A stretch of 64,000 bases of DNA from Patescibacteria group bacterium. Its GTDB lineage: Bacteria > Patescibacteriota > Minisyncoccia > UBA6257 > JAAZHW01. Each line of letters begins with the position of its first letter. Position 1 is the first letter of the stretch. The notes under the pieces were generated by a model. That model was given only the letters and a program-made list of their open reading frames with translations, did no database searches and had not been told where the DNA came from. The stretch covers positions 414,831 through 478,830 of the forward strand of contig JAOAGL010000001.1 of the NCBI GenBank assembly GCA_026415775.1, in the 5' to 3' direction. This document shows positions 28,756-38,430 of this stretch, piece by piece. The position numbers and the translations under genes are program-made.

Positions 28756-31700
28756 ATGAAAAAGTTTACTCATTTACATGTTCATAGTCATTATTCTTTG
28801 CTTGATGGCTTGGCAAAAATTGATGAACTGGTTTTGTATGCCAAAGAATTAGGATATGATGCTTTGGCTTTGACCGATCATGGTGCAATGTATGGCATTC
28901 CCGAGTTTTATAAAACCGCCACCGCAAATGGAATTAAACCAATTTTAGGTGTTGAGGTTTATGTTGCGTTGGAAAATCGTTTTCAAAAAAGAGCAAAAAT
29001 TGACAGCAAAAGCTATCATCTAACACTTTTAGCCAAAAATTATCAGGGTTATAAAAATTTAATGAAATTAATTACCCGCGCGCATTTGGAAGGTTTTTAT
29101 TACAAACCGCGCGTTGATAAAGAATTATTGGAAGAGTATAAAGAAGGTGTTATTGCTTTATCAGGCTGTTTGGCTGGCGAAATTCCAAGAAAAATCTTGG
29201 CTAATCGTTTAGATGAAGCTGAAGAAAAAATTAAAGAATATCAAAAAATTTTTGGTGAAGATTTTTATTTAGAAATTAATTATCATCCCAAAATCGAAGA
29301 ATCAAGAATTATTAAAGAGCAACTCATTAAATTGAGCAAAAAATTTAATATCCCAGCGGTTGCTACTTATGACACTCATTATTTAAAACCTGAGGATGCC
29401 GAAGCACATGATATTTTGCTAGCGGTTCAAACAGGTAATAAAGTTTTTGAAGAAGACCGACTTACTTTAAGCGCTGATGATTTTTCATTGTGCTCTCAGC
29501 AAACAATTGGAGAATTATTTTATGATTTCCCAGAAGCAATTGAAAATACGCAATTAATTGTTGATAAATGCGATGTTCAATTGGAGTTTGGCAAAACGCT
29601 TCTCCCCTATTTTGAAGTGCCGCTTGGTGAAACGCCAGAATCTTATTTAAAAAAATTGTGCGAAGAAAATTTACCAAAAAGATATAAAAATATAACACCT
29701 GAAATTCTTCAGCGATTTAATTATGAATTGGAAATTATTCAAAAAACTGGTTTTGCTTCTTATTTCTTAATTGTTCAGGATTTTGTTAATTGGGCAAAAT
29801 CGAATGGTATTGTTGTAGGCCCAGGTCGCGGTTCAGCTGCTGGCTCAATTGTTTCGTATTTGCTCAATATTACCGATATTGATCCAATAAAATATAACCT
29901 TCTTTTTGAGCGCTTTTTAAATCCCGAAAGAATTCAGATGCCTGATATTGATATGGATTTTGCTGATACGCGCCGCGATGAGGTTGTTCAATATTTAAGA
30001 AATAAATACGGCGAAAATCGCGTGGCGCAAATTATTACTTTTGGAACAATGGCAGCTAGAGCGGCTGTGCGCGATGCTGGAAGAGCGTTAGGATTAAGCT
30101 ATAGCTTCTGCGACACTATTGCTAAACTCATTCCATTTAACGCAACTTTAGATGAAGCTTTAAACAATGTTATTGAACTAAAAAATTTATATGAACGCGA
30201 CCAAGATGTAAAAAAATTAATTGACTCGGCTAAAAAATTGGAGGGTGTTGCTCGTCATGCTTCTATCCATGCTTGTGGCATTGTCATTACTCGCGAAGAA
30301 ATCACTAATTACACTCCACTGCAACGCGCTCCGCAAGATGAAAATTCCATCATCACGCAGTATGACATGTACTCTTTGGAATCGTTAGGTCTTTTAAAAA
30401 TGGATTTATTGGGTTTGCGTAATTTAACAATTATTGAAGACGCATTGAATTTAATCGAAAAAATTAATAATGTAAAGGTTGATTTTAATAACATTGACGA
30501 AAAAGATAAAAAAACTTTTGAGTTGCTTCAAAAAGGAGAAACAATTGGTGTTTTTCAATTAGAAAGTGCGGGCATGCGACGGTATCTTAAAGAATTAAAA
30601 CCGAACGATATGGAAGATTTAATTGCTATGATTTCACTTTATCGTCCTGGTCCGATGGATCTTATTCCGCAATATATCGCTCGAAAATATGGCCGTGAAA
30701 AAATAACTTATTTACATCCCAAACTTGAACCAATTCTTAAACCAACCCATGGTATTGCTATTTACCAGGAGCAATTATTACAGATTGCCCGCGATTTAGC
30801 AGGATTTACATTGGGCGAAGCTGATATTTTAAGACGCGCTATTGGCAAAAAAATAAAATCTCTTTTGGATGCGCAGAAACAAAAATTAATTCAAGGAATG
30901 GTGGAACGCGGAATTTCACAAGAAATCGCCGAGAAAATTTGGAATTTTATTGAACCCTTTGCTGAATATGGATTTAATCGAAGTCATAGCGCTTCTTATG
31001 CTCAAATTGCTTTTCGCACCGCCTATTTAAAAACGCATTATCCTTTGGAATTTATGGCGGCTTTAATGAATAATGAAGCAGTAGAGACAGAACGCACTGC
31101 TGAATTAGTTAATGAATGCCGCAGGATGAAAATTGAAATTTTGCCGCCAGATATTAATGAAAGCTTTGAAAAATTTTCCGTTGTAAAAGAAAAAGGCGCT
31201 ATTCGTTTTGGGTTATTAGCAATTAAAAATGTGGGCGCGGCAATTGTGGCAGATATTATTAGAGAAAGAAAAAATAATGGAACTTTTAAAGATATAAAAG
31301 ATTTTTTGCAGCGCATCTGTCATAAAGATTTAAATAAAAAGTCATTGGAAAGTTTAATTAAAGCCGGTGTTTTTGATTCATTGGCTGAGCGAGGAGAATT
31401 GCTTGACAATTTAGATAATTTGCTTGAATATAACCAAGAAGTGAAAAAAATCTCTATTAGTCCGCAAGTTAATCTTTTTAGCAAAGAAATGTCATTTCCT
31501 GCCCTGCGCTTGAAAAAATCTGATTATATGTCATTAGAACAAAAATTAAAATACGAAAAGGAATTGATGGGTATTTATATTTCTGACCATCCTGTAAAAA
31601 AATATGAGGAAAAGTTTAGAAAAATTGGCATTTATCCTTTGTCTCAAATTTCTGAAAAATTAATAAATAAAAAGGTTAAAATTGGAGGTGTTATCACTGA

Positions 31701-31914
31701 TATTAAAAAAATTTTAACCAAAAATGGCCGTTCAATGTTAACTGTTATAATAGAAGATACCAGCAGCAATGGAGAAATTACTGTTTTCCCTGATACACTC
31801 GAAAAAACCTTAACTTTCTGGAAAAAAGATAGTATAATCATCCTTGAAGGTCGGGTAAATAAAAATAACGATCATTTAAATATCGTTTGCGAAAAAATTT
31901 TAGCTTATAAATAA
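28756..31914 (+). CDS. dnaE: DNA polymerase III alpha subunit
   Basis: PHP HLHVHSHYSLLDG, GPGRGSAAGS, PDIDMDF, KMDLLGL. Confidence 0.98.
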   Translation: MKKFTHLHVHSHYSLLDGLAKIDELVLYAKELGYDALALTDHGAMYGIPEFYKTATANGIKPILGVEVYVALENRFQKRAKIDSKSYHLTLLAKNYQGYKNLMKLITRAHLEGFYYKPRVDKELLEEYKEGVIALSGCLAGEIPRKILANRLDEAEEKIKEYQKIFGEDFYLEINYHPKIEESRIIKEQLIKLSKKFNIPAVATYDTHYLKPEDAEAHDILLAVQTGNKVFEEDRLTLSADDFSLCSQQTIGELFYDFPEAIENTQLIVDKCDVQLEFGKTLLPYFEVPLGETPESYLKKLCEENLPKRYKNITPEILQRFNYELEIIQKTGFASYFLIVQDFVNWAKSNGIVVGPGRGSAAGSIVSYLLNITDIDPIKYNLLFERFLNPERIQMPDIDMDFADTRRDEVVQYLRNKYGENRVAQIITFGTMAARAAVRDAGRALGLSYSFCDTIAKLIPFNATLDEALNNVIELKNLYERDQDVKKLIDSAKKLEGVARHASIHACGIVITREEITNYTPLQRAPQDENSIITQYDMYSLESLGLLKMDLLGLRNLTIIEDALNLIEKINNVKVDFNNIDEKDKKTFELLQKGETIGVFQLESAGMRRYLKELKPNDMEDLIAMISLYRPGPMDLIPQYIARKYGREKITYLHPKLEPILKPTHGIAIYQEQLLQIARDLAGFTLGEADILRRAIGKKIKSLLDAQKQKLIQGMVERGISQEIAEKIWNFIEPFAEYGFNRSHSASYAQIAFRTAYLKTHYPLEFMAALMNNEAVETERTAELVNECRRMKIEILPPDINESFEKFSVVKEKGAIRFGLLAIKNVGAAIVADIIRERKNNGTFKDIKDFLQRICHKDLNKKSLESLIKAGVFDSLAERGELLDNLDNLLEYNQEVKKISISPQVNLFSKEMSFPALRLKKSDYMSLEQKLKYEKELMGIYISDHPVKKYEEKFRKIGIYPLSQISEKLINKKVKIGGVITDIKKILTKNGRSMLTVIIEDTSSNGEITVFPDTLEKTLTFWKKDSIIILEGRVNKNNDHLNIVCEKILAYK

Positions 31915-31918
31915 TTTT

Positions 31919-33679
31919 ATGAACAAAAATGAAAAAAATTTAGAAAAAATTCGACATTCTTTGAGTCATATAATGGCTGCGGCTGTTTCTCAACTTTATC
32001 CCAATGTTAAATTTGGAATAGGGCCGATTATTGAAAATGGTTTTTATTATGATTTTGATTTTGGTAAAGAAAAAATTGATGAATCGATTCTTTTAAAGTT
32101 AGAAAAAATGATAAGAGATTTATTAAATAACGACCTAAAATTCAAAAAGGAATTGGTTACTTATGCAAAGGCTAAAAAAATATTTCAAAATCAACCTTAT
32201 AAATTAGAATTAATAGAAGAATTAAAAAAACAAAAGAAACCCATCTCTATTTATAGAACTCTTAATGGCAAACAAGAAATTTTTGTAGATTTATGCGCTG
32301 GCCCGCATGTTGCCTCAACAAAAGTTATTAAAAAAGACGCTTTTAAATTAGAACGATTAGCTGGCGCTTACTGGCGCGGAGACGAAAAAAATCCAATGCT
32401 TATTCGTATTTATGGATTGGCTTTTAACACTAAAACAGAATTAGAAAATTATTTAAAAACATTAGAAGAAGCCAAAAAACGCGACCATCGAATTTTAGGA
32501 CAACAACTGGATTTATTTAGTTTTCATGAAGAATTCGGCCCAGGATTGGTCTATTGGCACCCTAAAGGAGGATTGATTCGAGTAATTATGGAGAACTTCT
32601 GGCGAGAAGCCCATTTAAAAAATGGGTATGATATTGTTTTTACTCCGCACGTTGGTAAATCAGATTTATGGAAAATCAGCGGGCACCTAAATTTTTATCG
32701 AGAAAATATGTACTCGCCAATGAAAATTGATGAGGATGAATATTTCATTAAACCAATGAATTGTCCTTTTCATATTCAAATATACAAAACGAAAATTCGC
32801 TCTTACAAAGATTTACCGTTGCGCTGGGCTGAATTAGGAACTGTTTATCGTTATGAAAAAGCTGGTGTTCTCCATGGATTATTACGCGTGCGTGGCTTTA
32901 CGCAGGATGATGCACACTTGATTTGTACGCCGGAACAAATGCCAAGTGAAATTAAAAAAGTTTTGGATTTTTCTATTTATATATTGCGGAGTTTTGGTTT
33001 TAATGACTTCGCAATTTATCTTTCAACAAAACCAAAAGATGCTATCGGCAATAATAAAAAATGGGATGACGCAACCAAAGCATTAGAAAAAGCCATTAAA
33101 AGTTCGAAGTTGCCTTATAAAGTTGATAAAGGAGGTGGTGCTTTTTATGGCCCCAAAATTGACATTAAAGTCAAAGATGCATTGGGACGCGAATGGCAAT
33201 GTTCAACAATTCAATTTGATTTTAATATGCCAGAAAAATTTGAAATGCGCTATATTGATAAAAACGGCAAACCTCAGCAACCTTATATGATTCATCGAGC
33301 ACTAATGGGTTCTTTGGAAAGATTTTTTGGCGCTCTCCTCGAACATTACGCCGGTGCCCTACCCTTCTGGCTTGCGCCTATCCAAATTAAAATCTTACCC
33401 GTGAGCGATAAATTTAATCATTTCGCCTATCAATTAAAAGAAAAGTTTGAAGAAAATAATTTTCGTGTTGAAATTGATGACAGTAATGAAACCATTAGCA
33501 AACGCATCAGAAACGCCGAAATAGAAAAAATTCCTTATATTCTTGTTGTTGGTCAGAAAGAAATGGATTCTGGTCAGTTGCCAATCCGCGAACGCTCTAA
33601 TCCAGAAATAAAATTGATGAATATTGAAAACTTTATTGAAATTTGTAAACAACAAATACCCAAACCAAAAAAACTTTAA
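31919..33679 (+). CDS. thrS: Threonine--tRNA ligase (lacks N-terminal TGS domain)
   Basis: RHSLSH, DLCAGPHV, KPMNCPFH, RVRGFTQDDAH, AFYGPKID. Confidence 0.97.
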   Translation: MNKNEKNLEKIRHSLSHIMAAAVSQLYPNVKFGIGPIIENGFYYDFDFGKEKIDESILLKLEKMIRDLLNNDLKFKKELVTYAKAKKIFQNQPYKLELIEELKKQKKPISIYRTLNGKQEIFVDLCAGPHVASTKVIKKDAFKLERLAGAYWRGDEKNPMLIRIYGLAFNTKTELENYLKTLEEAKKRDHRILGQQLDLFSFHEEFGPGLVYWHPKGGLIRVIMENFWREAHLKNGYDIVFTPHVGKSDLWKISGHLNFYRENMYSPMKIDEDEYFIKPMNCPFHIQIYKTKIRSYKDLPLRWAELGTVYRYEKAGVLHGLLRVRGFTQDDAHLICTPEQMPSEIKKVLDFSIYILRSFGFNDFAIYLSTKPKDAIGNNKKWDDATKALEKAIKSSKLPYKVDKGGGAFYGPKIDIKVKDALGREWQCSTIQFDFNMPEKFEMRYIDKNGKPQQPYMIHRALMGSLERFFGALLEHYAGALPFWLAPIQIKILPVSDKFNHFAYQLKEKFEENNFRVEIDDSNETISKRIRNAEIEKIPYILVVGQKEMDSGQLPIRERSNPEIKLMNIENFIEICKQQIPKPKKL

Positions 33680-33687
33680 TCTCCCAA

Positions 33688-34632
33688 ATGTCTAATCAAC
33701 AAAAAATAAAAAATAAAAATGGTTTAAAAAAGAAACCAAAAATTGTAGTTATTTTAGGCCCTAATGCTTCAGGAAAATCGGATCTAGCTGTAGCTTTAGC
33801 AAAAAAATTTAACGGTGAAATTATATCGGCTGATTCGCGGCAAGTTTATAAGGAAATGGATATTGGAACTGGCAAAGTGCCATTACAGAAGAAAAAAGAT
33901 GGTCTTTTTTATAAAGGTATAGAACATTATCTTATTGACGTTGTTTCCCCTAAAAAAATTTTTACTGTAACTGATTATCAAAAATTGGGAAAAGAAGCTA
34001 TTAAAGAAATTTTAAATAAAAATAAATTACCAATTATTTGTGGAGGCACAGGTTTTTATATTGATGCTTTAATTTATGAATATCAATTTCCCAACGTCAA
34101 ACCAAATCCTCAATTAAGAAAAAAGTTGGATAAATTAACAACCGAGAAATTATTTCAAAAACTCAAAAAATTAGACCCAAAATATGCTAAAAAAATGGAT
34201 CCATTTAATCGTCGACGTCTTATTAGAGCTTTAGAAATTATTTTAACACTTAAAAAACCCATGCCGCCGCTTAAAAAATCATCGCCATATGAAGTTTTAA
34301 AAATTGGTGTTTATCGTTCAGCGCAAGAATTAAAAAAACGAATTGAAAAACGTTTAATTAAAAGATTAGAGGAAGGGATGATTGAAGAAATAAAAAAAAT
34401 CCGTCAAAAAGGAGTTTCATGGAAAAGATTATATGATTTTGGATTAGAATACCGCTATATCAGTTTATATTTACAAAAGAAATTAACTTATTCAGAAATG
34501 TTTGAACAATTAAAAACCAAAATCTGGCAGTATGCTCGCCGCCAGATGATTTGGTTTAGGAAAGATAGTGAAATTAGATGGATATCAAATATCAAAACAG
34601 CAGAAAGGCTAATTAAAAAATTTCTAGAATAA
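33688..34632 (+). CDS. miaA: tRNA dimethylallyltransferase
   Basis: GPNASGKS, ISADSRQVY, GGTGFY, YARRQMIWF. Confidence 0.96.
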   Translation: MSNQQKIKNKNGLKKKPKIVVILGPNASGKSDLAVALAKKFNGEIISADSRQVYKEMDIGTGKVPLQKKKDGLFYKGIEHYLIDVVSPKKIFTVTDYQKLGKEAIKEILNKNKLPIICGGTGFYIDALIYEYQFPNVKPNPQLRKKLDKLTTEKLFQKLKKLDPKYAKKMDPFNRRRLIRALEIILTLKKPMPPLKKSSPYEVLKIGVYRSAQELKKRIEKRLIKRLEEGMIEEIKKIRQKGVSWKRLYDFGLEYRYISLYLQKKLTYSEMFEQLKTKIWQYARRQMIWFRKDSEIRWISNIKTAERLIKKFLE

Positions 34633-34639
34633 TATCCGC

Positions 34640-35011
34640 TTATAACCTTTTTAATTCTTCCAATCTTTGCTCTATTTCTTTTAATTCTTTTTCTCTTTCT
34701 TTAATTTTTTCAATTAATTCCTTAGCCTCCTCTGCCATTTTTTCTAATTCCACAGCCTTTCTCAATCTCTCTTCTTGTTCCTCCATTTCAGCTAAAACTT
34801 TTTGATGGCGCTCGTTTAATTCCCGCCATTCTCTATCGAACTCTTCTTGTAAGATTCTTTTTTTTATATCTGTATCCGGCTCAATTCTTTTTAATTGCCC
34901 TTCTTCTTCCTCAAATTCAACAAAATCAGCCGCAGTTCGTTGTTCCATTCTCTTTTTTTCCTCTTCTCTCTTTTTTAATTTTTCCAAAATATCTTTGCGA
35001 AATTCTTCCAT
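34640..35011 (-). CDS. Charged coiled-coil hypothetical protein
   Basis: E/K/R-rich 123-aa ORF with TATAAT just upstream. Confidence 0.55.
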   Translation of the reverse strand: MEEFRKDILEKLKKREEEKKRMEQRTAADFVEFEEEEGQLKRIEPDTDIKKRILQEEFDREWRELNERHQKVLAEMEEQEERLRKAVELEKMAEEAKELIEKIKEREKELKEIEQRLEELKRL

Positions 35012-35030
35012 ATATTTATATTATACCAAA

Positions 35031-36524
35031 TTATTCTTTAGTTGTCAATAACGATTTTAATCGCTCTTGGACAATATTAGGATTATATCGACCTTTGGTT
35101 TCTCGCATTACTTGACCAACTAGAAATTGTAAGGCATTAGCTTTTCCTTTTTGGAAATCCGCTACAGGATTAGGATTTTCAGCAATAATCTTTTTAACTA
35201 TTTCATCAATTTCTGAAGTATCAGAAATTTGAAAAAGATTTTTTTCTTTAATTATCACTTCGGGATTGGCACCGCTCTCAAATATTTCTGCTAATACTGA
35301 TTTAGCCGCAGCTGATGAAATTTTATTTTCATCAATAAAATTAATTAATAAAGCGAAGTGATTGGTTGGAATTTTTAAATCGCTAATTTTATAGTTATTT
35401 TGAAACATTAAAGCTCTTAAATCAGTAATAAGATAGTTATAGGCCAACTTTATTCTTTTTTCGCGTCGCTCTCCTTCTAAGGGTTTTAGAGCATCCAATT
35501 CCATTACAACTTTTTCAAAATAATCAGCTAATTCGAAATCATAAACCAATTCTTCTATTTCTTTTGGTTTAAATCCAAACTCTTTCATAAATCTTAAACG
35601 TTTTTCATTGGGTAATTCTGGCACTTCACGTTTAATTTCTTCTAAATCAAACTCTTCATTAACTTTTATAGGTTTTAAATCTGGCTCTGGGAAATAACGA
35701 TAATCATGCGCTTCTTCTTTTTTTCGTTGCGATATTGTTTTTTGCGTTTTCTCATCCCAACCGCGCGTTTCCTGAATAATCTTCTCGCTTTTTTCTAATA
35801 AATCAATTTGTCTTTCCATTTCATACTTTATCGCCTCTTCTACTGCCTTAAATGAATTGAGATTTTTAATTTCTACTTTTGTCCCCAATCCTTCTTCATC
35901 TTCTTTTTTCACAGAAATATTAACCTCGCAACGCATCTCCCCTTTTTCCATGTCGGCATTAGCAATTTTTAAATATCTAATAATTAATTGTAATTCTTCG
36001 CAAAATTTTTTGGCCTCTTCCGCTGAATGAATGTCGGGCTCAGTTACCAATTCAGCCAAAGGTACACCTGCTCGATTAAAATCAACGTAAGTTTTATTAT
36101 TTTCATGAATTAATCGTCCTGTGTCTTCTTCTAAATGAATACGGCGAATGCGAATTTTTTTAAATTCAAAAAGGTTGGTTTGCGGATTTATAAAAGGAAT
36201 TTCTAAATAACCATTTTCACAAAATGGCATATCGTATTGCGAAATTTGATATCCCTTTGGTAAATCCGGATAAAAATAATTTTTTCTATCAAATTTTGAA
36301 ATTTCTCGCAAATGACAATTTAAAGCGCTTCCTAATTTTAAAACACTTCTTATTGCTTCTTTGTTTGGTTTAGGTAAGGTGCCTGGATGCCCCAAACAAA
36401 TCGGACAAACATTTAAATTAGGATGTTTTTCCTCTGAATCATTCAAACAATCACAAAACATCTTATTTTTTGTTTTTAACTCAATATGGATTTCTAAACC
36501 AATAGTTGCTAAATAATTGGACAT
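35031..36524 (-). CDS. gatB: Asp/Glu-tRNA amidotransferase subunit B
   Basis: IGLEIHIEL, FDRKNYFYPDLPKGYQISQ, DYRYFPEPDL. Confidence 0.97.
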   Translation of the reverse strand: MSNYLATIGLEIHIELKTKNKMFCDCLNDSEEKHPNLNVCPICLGHPGTLPKPNKEAIRSVLKLGSALNCHLREISKFDRKNYFYPDLPKGYQISQYDMPFCENGYLEIPFINPQTNLFEFKKIRIRRIHLEEDTGRLIHENNKTYVDFNRAGVPLAELVTEPDIHSAEEAKKFCEELQLIIRYLKIANADMEKGEMRCEVNISVKKEDEEGLGTKVEIKNLNSFKAVEEAIKYEMERQIDLLEKSEKIIQETRGWDEKTQKTISQRKKEEAHDYRYFPEPDLKPIKVNEEFDLEEIKREVPELPNEKRLRFMKEFGFKPKEIEELVYDFELADYFEKVVMELDALKPLEGERREKRIKLAYNYLITDLRALMFQNNYKISDLKIPTNHFALLINFIDENKISSAAAKSVLAEIFESGANPEVIIKEKNLFQISDTSEIDEIVKKIIAENPNPVADFQKGKANALQFLVGQVMRETKGRYNPNIVQERLKSLLTTKE

Positions 36525-36538
36525 ATTTTTTATTATAA

Positions 36539-37036
36539 CTATTTTTTAAAATCTTTGCAGATTTTTTCAAAAAATATTTGAGGCGTTGGTGCCACATCCC
36601 AAATTAAAAAAGAAACAAATGGTTCTTCGTATAAATCATCGGGATAATGACCCATCATCACTTTTTTTTCTAAAGCATAAATTTTTTTATCCAACACCGA
36701 AGCAGCAAATAATTCTCCACTGGTATTCACGCCGACATAGCCGTTTTTATTGAAAATAAAAACGATATCGGCAATTTTTACTCTTTGAAATAAATGATTT
36801 GAGGCGTCCCAAATTAATTGTTTGCGATATTCTTCTTTTTTTAATCTTTCCTTCTCAGACGCTTCTAAAAATTCTTTCGGCAGTTCATCAAAATCAGGTT
36901 CTAAAATCATAAATGGTTTTTGATTTTTTCGAACAAGTTCTCTAAATTCTTTAATAAATTCTAAAAGTTCTGGACGAAATCTTTGGCTTGAACAAAAAAC
37001 AATTTTCTTGACCGGCTCTTTAAAAAACAGCATCAT
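36539..37036 (-). CDS. Nucleoside 2-deoxyribosyltransferase-like protein
   Basis: IVFCSS.RF N-terminus, ADIVFIFNKNGYVGVNTSGEL with a candidate catalytic Glu. Confidence 0.55.
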   Translation of the reverse strand: MMLFFKEPVKKIVFCSSQRFRPELLEFIKEFRELVRKNQKPFMILEPDFDELPKEFLEASEKERLKKEEYRKQLIWDASNHLFQRVKIADIVFIFNKNGYVGVNTSGELFAASVLDKKIYALEKKVMMGHYPDDLYEEPFVSFLIWDVAPTPQIFFEKICKDFKK

Positions 37037-37099
37037 ACTTTATTATTTTAGCAAAAATTTATTAATAAATCTATTATTAAAAATTAAAAAGGTCCTGTT

Positions 37100-37519
37100 T
37101 TATTTCAGGACCTTTATTATTTTAAAAATTTTTATCCACACTGGCTCCAATTTTTCACTCTCAGCTAACTTTTTAATTTCTTCTGGAGTAAACCACCTAT
37201 ACCTTTTAACTTCTTCCTTTCGCACCCTAACACTTCCCGTAAAACCTGCTTTAAAAACCCACCAGTAATGCGATTTAGAACCTCGGCGGCAATGATTTTT
37301 ATAAAATTTTCTTTTCTTTATCAATAATTTTAACTTTCTAACTTTCAGGCCAACTTCTTCTCTCGCTTCTTTGATAGCAGCGTTTTTTGGTGTTTCTCTG
37401 CTCTCAATATGACCCGCTACCCCAGCCCAATAAAAAGGAAATCTTTTTCTATCAATCAACAAGAATTTTCCGCCTTTCTCTATAACAACTCCGACACTCT
37501 TTTTGCTACATTTTTTCAT
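37100..37519 (-). CDS. NUDIX hydrolase
   Basis: AGHIESRETPKNAAIKEAREEVGL Nudix box. Confidence 0.9.
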   Translation of the reverse strand: MKKCSKKSVGVVIEKGGKFLLIDRKRFPFYWAGVAGHIESRETPKNAAIKEAREEVGLKVRKLKLLIKKRKFYKNHCRRGSKSHYWWVFKAGFTGSVRVRKEEVKRYRWFTPEEIKKLAESEKLEPVWIKIFKIIKVLK

Positions 37520-38357
37520 ATTTTTTTCTTAACTCTTCTATATATTTCCACGACTCTTCGAACACGTCCTCAATCGGCGGTTCAGCATTGATAATAACAA
37601 CTTTCATTTTTTGATTTCCTTTTTTCAACTTTCTCATTAATGGTTTATTCGGCTTGGGGGTTTTAAACCGAAAAGAAAACAACCACCGCGCGGCCTTTTC
37701 AATCTCTTCTAGAGTTTTCTTATTTTCATAAACATCTATAACTTTACCAGATTCTTTCAGACGCTCCAATGCGACTTCAACTGGCGCCCAGTAAAAAAGG
37801 AGGAGATTCGGTCCAATATAATTTTCCCTAAGAATCCGTAAATGACGGTATGATAGATACGGAAACGACAATCCTTTAGCCATTCCGTGAAGATAACAAG
37901 AAATATCATACCTGTCTTGAATAACAACTCCTCCCCGTTTGAGCGCTGGTAAAATATTTTCTTTGACATCGAGCAGCCGATCTGTCATAAACAAAAATTG
38001 CCTTTTAGCCTCTTCGTTGTTACGAATATAGCCGCTACCAAATTCTTCAATAATTGATTTGGCTATTTCTAATCGTGAATCATCGGGTGGAAAAATTTTT
38101 TTTAAAATATTCATTATCTGCTCTTTCGACAGGTTTGGCGCCTTTTTCTCAATAACCTGTCGAATAAACAATCCGAGGTCCGTCGATGTAGGTTCATGGT
38201 TATACTTCACCATTACTCCCTCTTCTGCCAAGCTTTCCTCAATCATTTTTGCCTGTGTAGTCTTACCAGAGCCATTCAGCCCCTCAATTAAAATGAATTT
38301 CCCTTTTAAATCATTAATCTTGACATAAGGGATGTGCTTCATAGATTTTCTAAACAT
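37506..38357 (-). CDS. tmk: Thymidylate kinase-like protein with insertions
   Basis: FILIEGLNGSGKTTQ P-loop, HEPT, LFMTDR, VIQDRY; SD AAAGGAGGTG. Confidence 0.8.
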   Translation of the reverse strand: MFRKSMKHIPYVKINDLKGKFILIEGLNGSGKTTQAKMIEESLAEEGVMVKYNHEPTSTDLGLFIRQVIEKKAPNLSKEQIMNILKKIFPPDDSRLEIAKSIIEEFGSGYIRNNEEAKRQFLFMTDRLLDVKENILPALKRGGVVIQDRYDISCYLHGMAKGLSFPYLSYRHLRILRENYIGPNLLLFYWAPVEVALERLKESGKVIDVYENKKTLEEIEKAARWLFSFRFKTPKPNKPLMRKLKKGNQKMKVVIINAEPPIEDVFEESWKYIEELRKKYEKM

Positions 38358-38430
38358 TTAACACCTCCTTTAAAAATTTTAAATTTCTGCCTTTATTATG
38401 AATAAAATTCTATTTTTGTCAAATCTAAAT

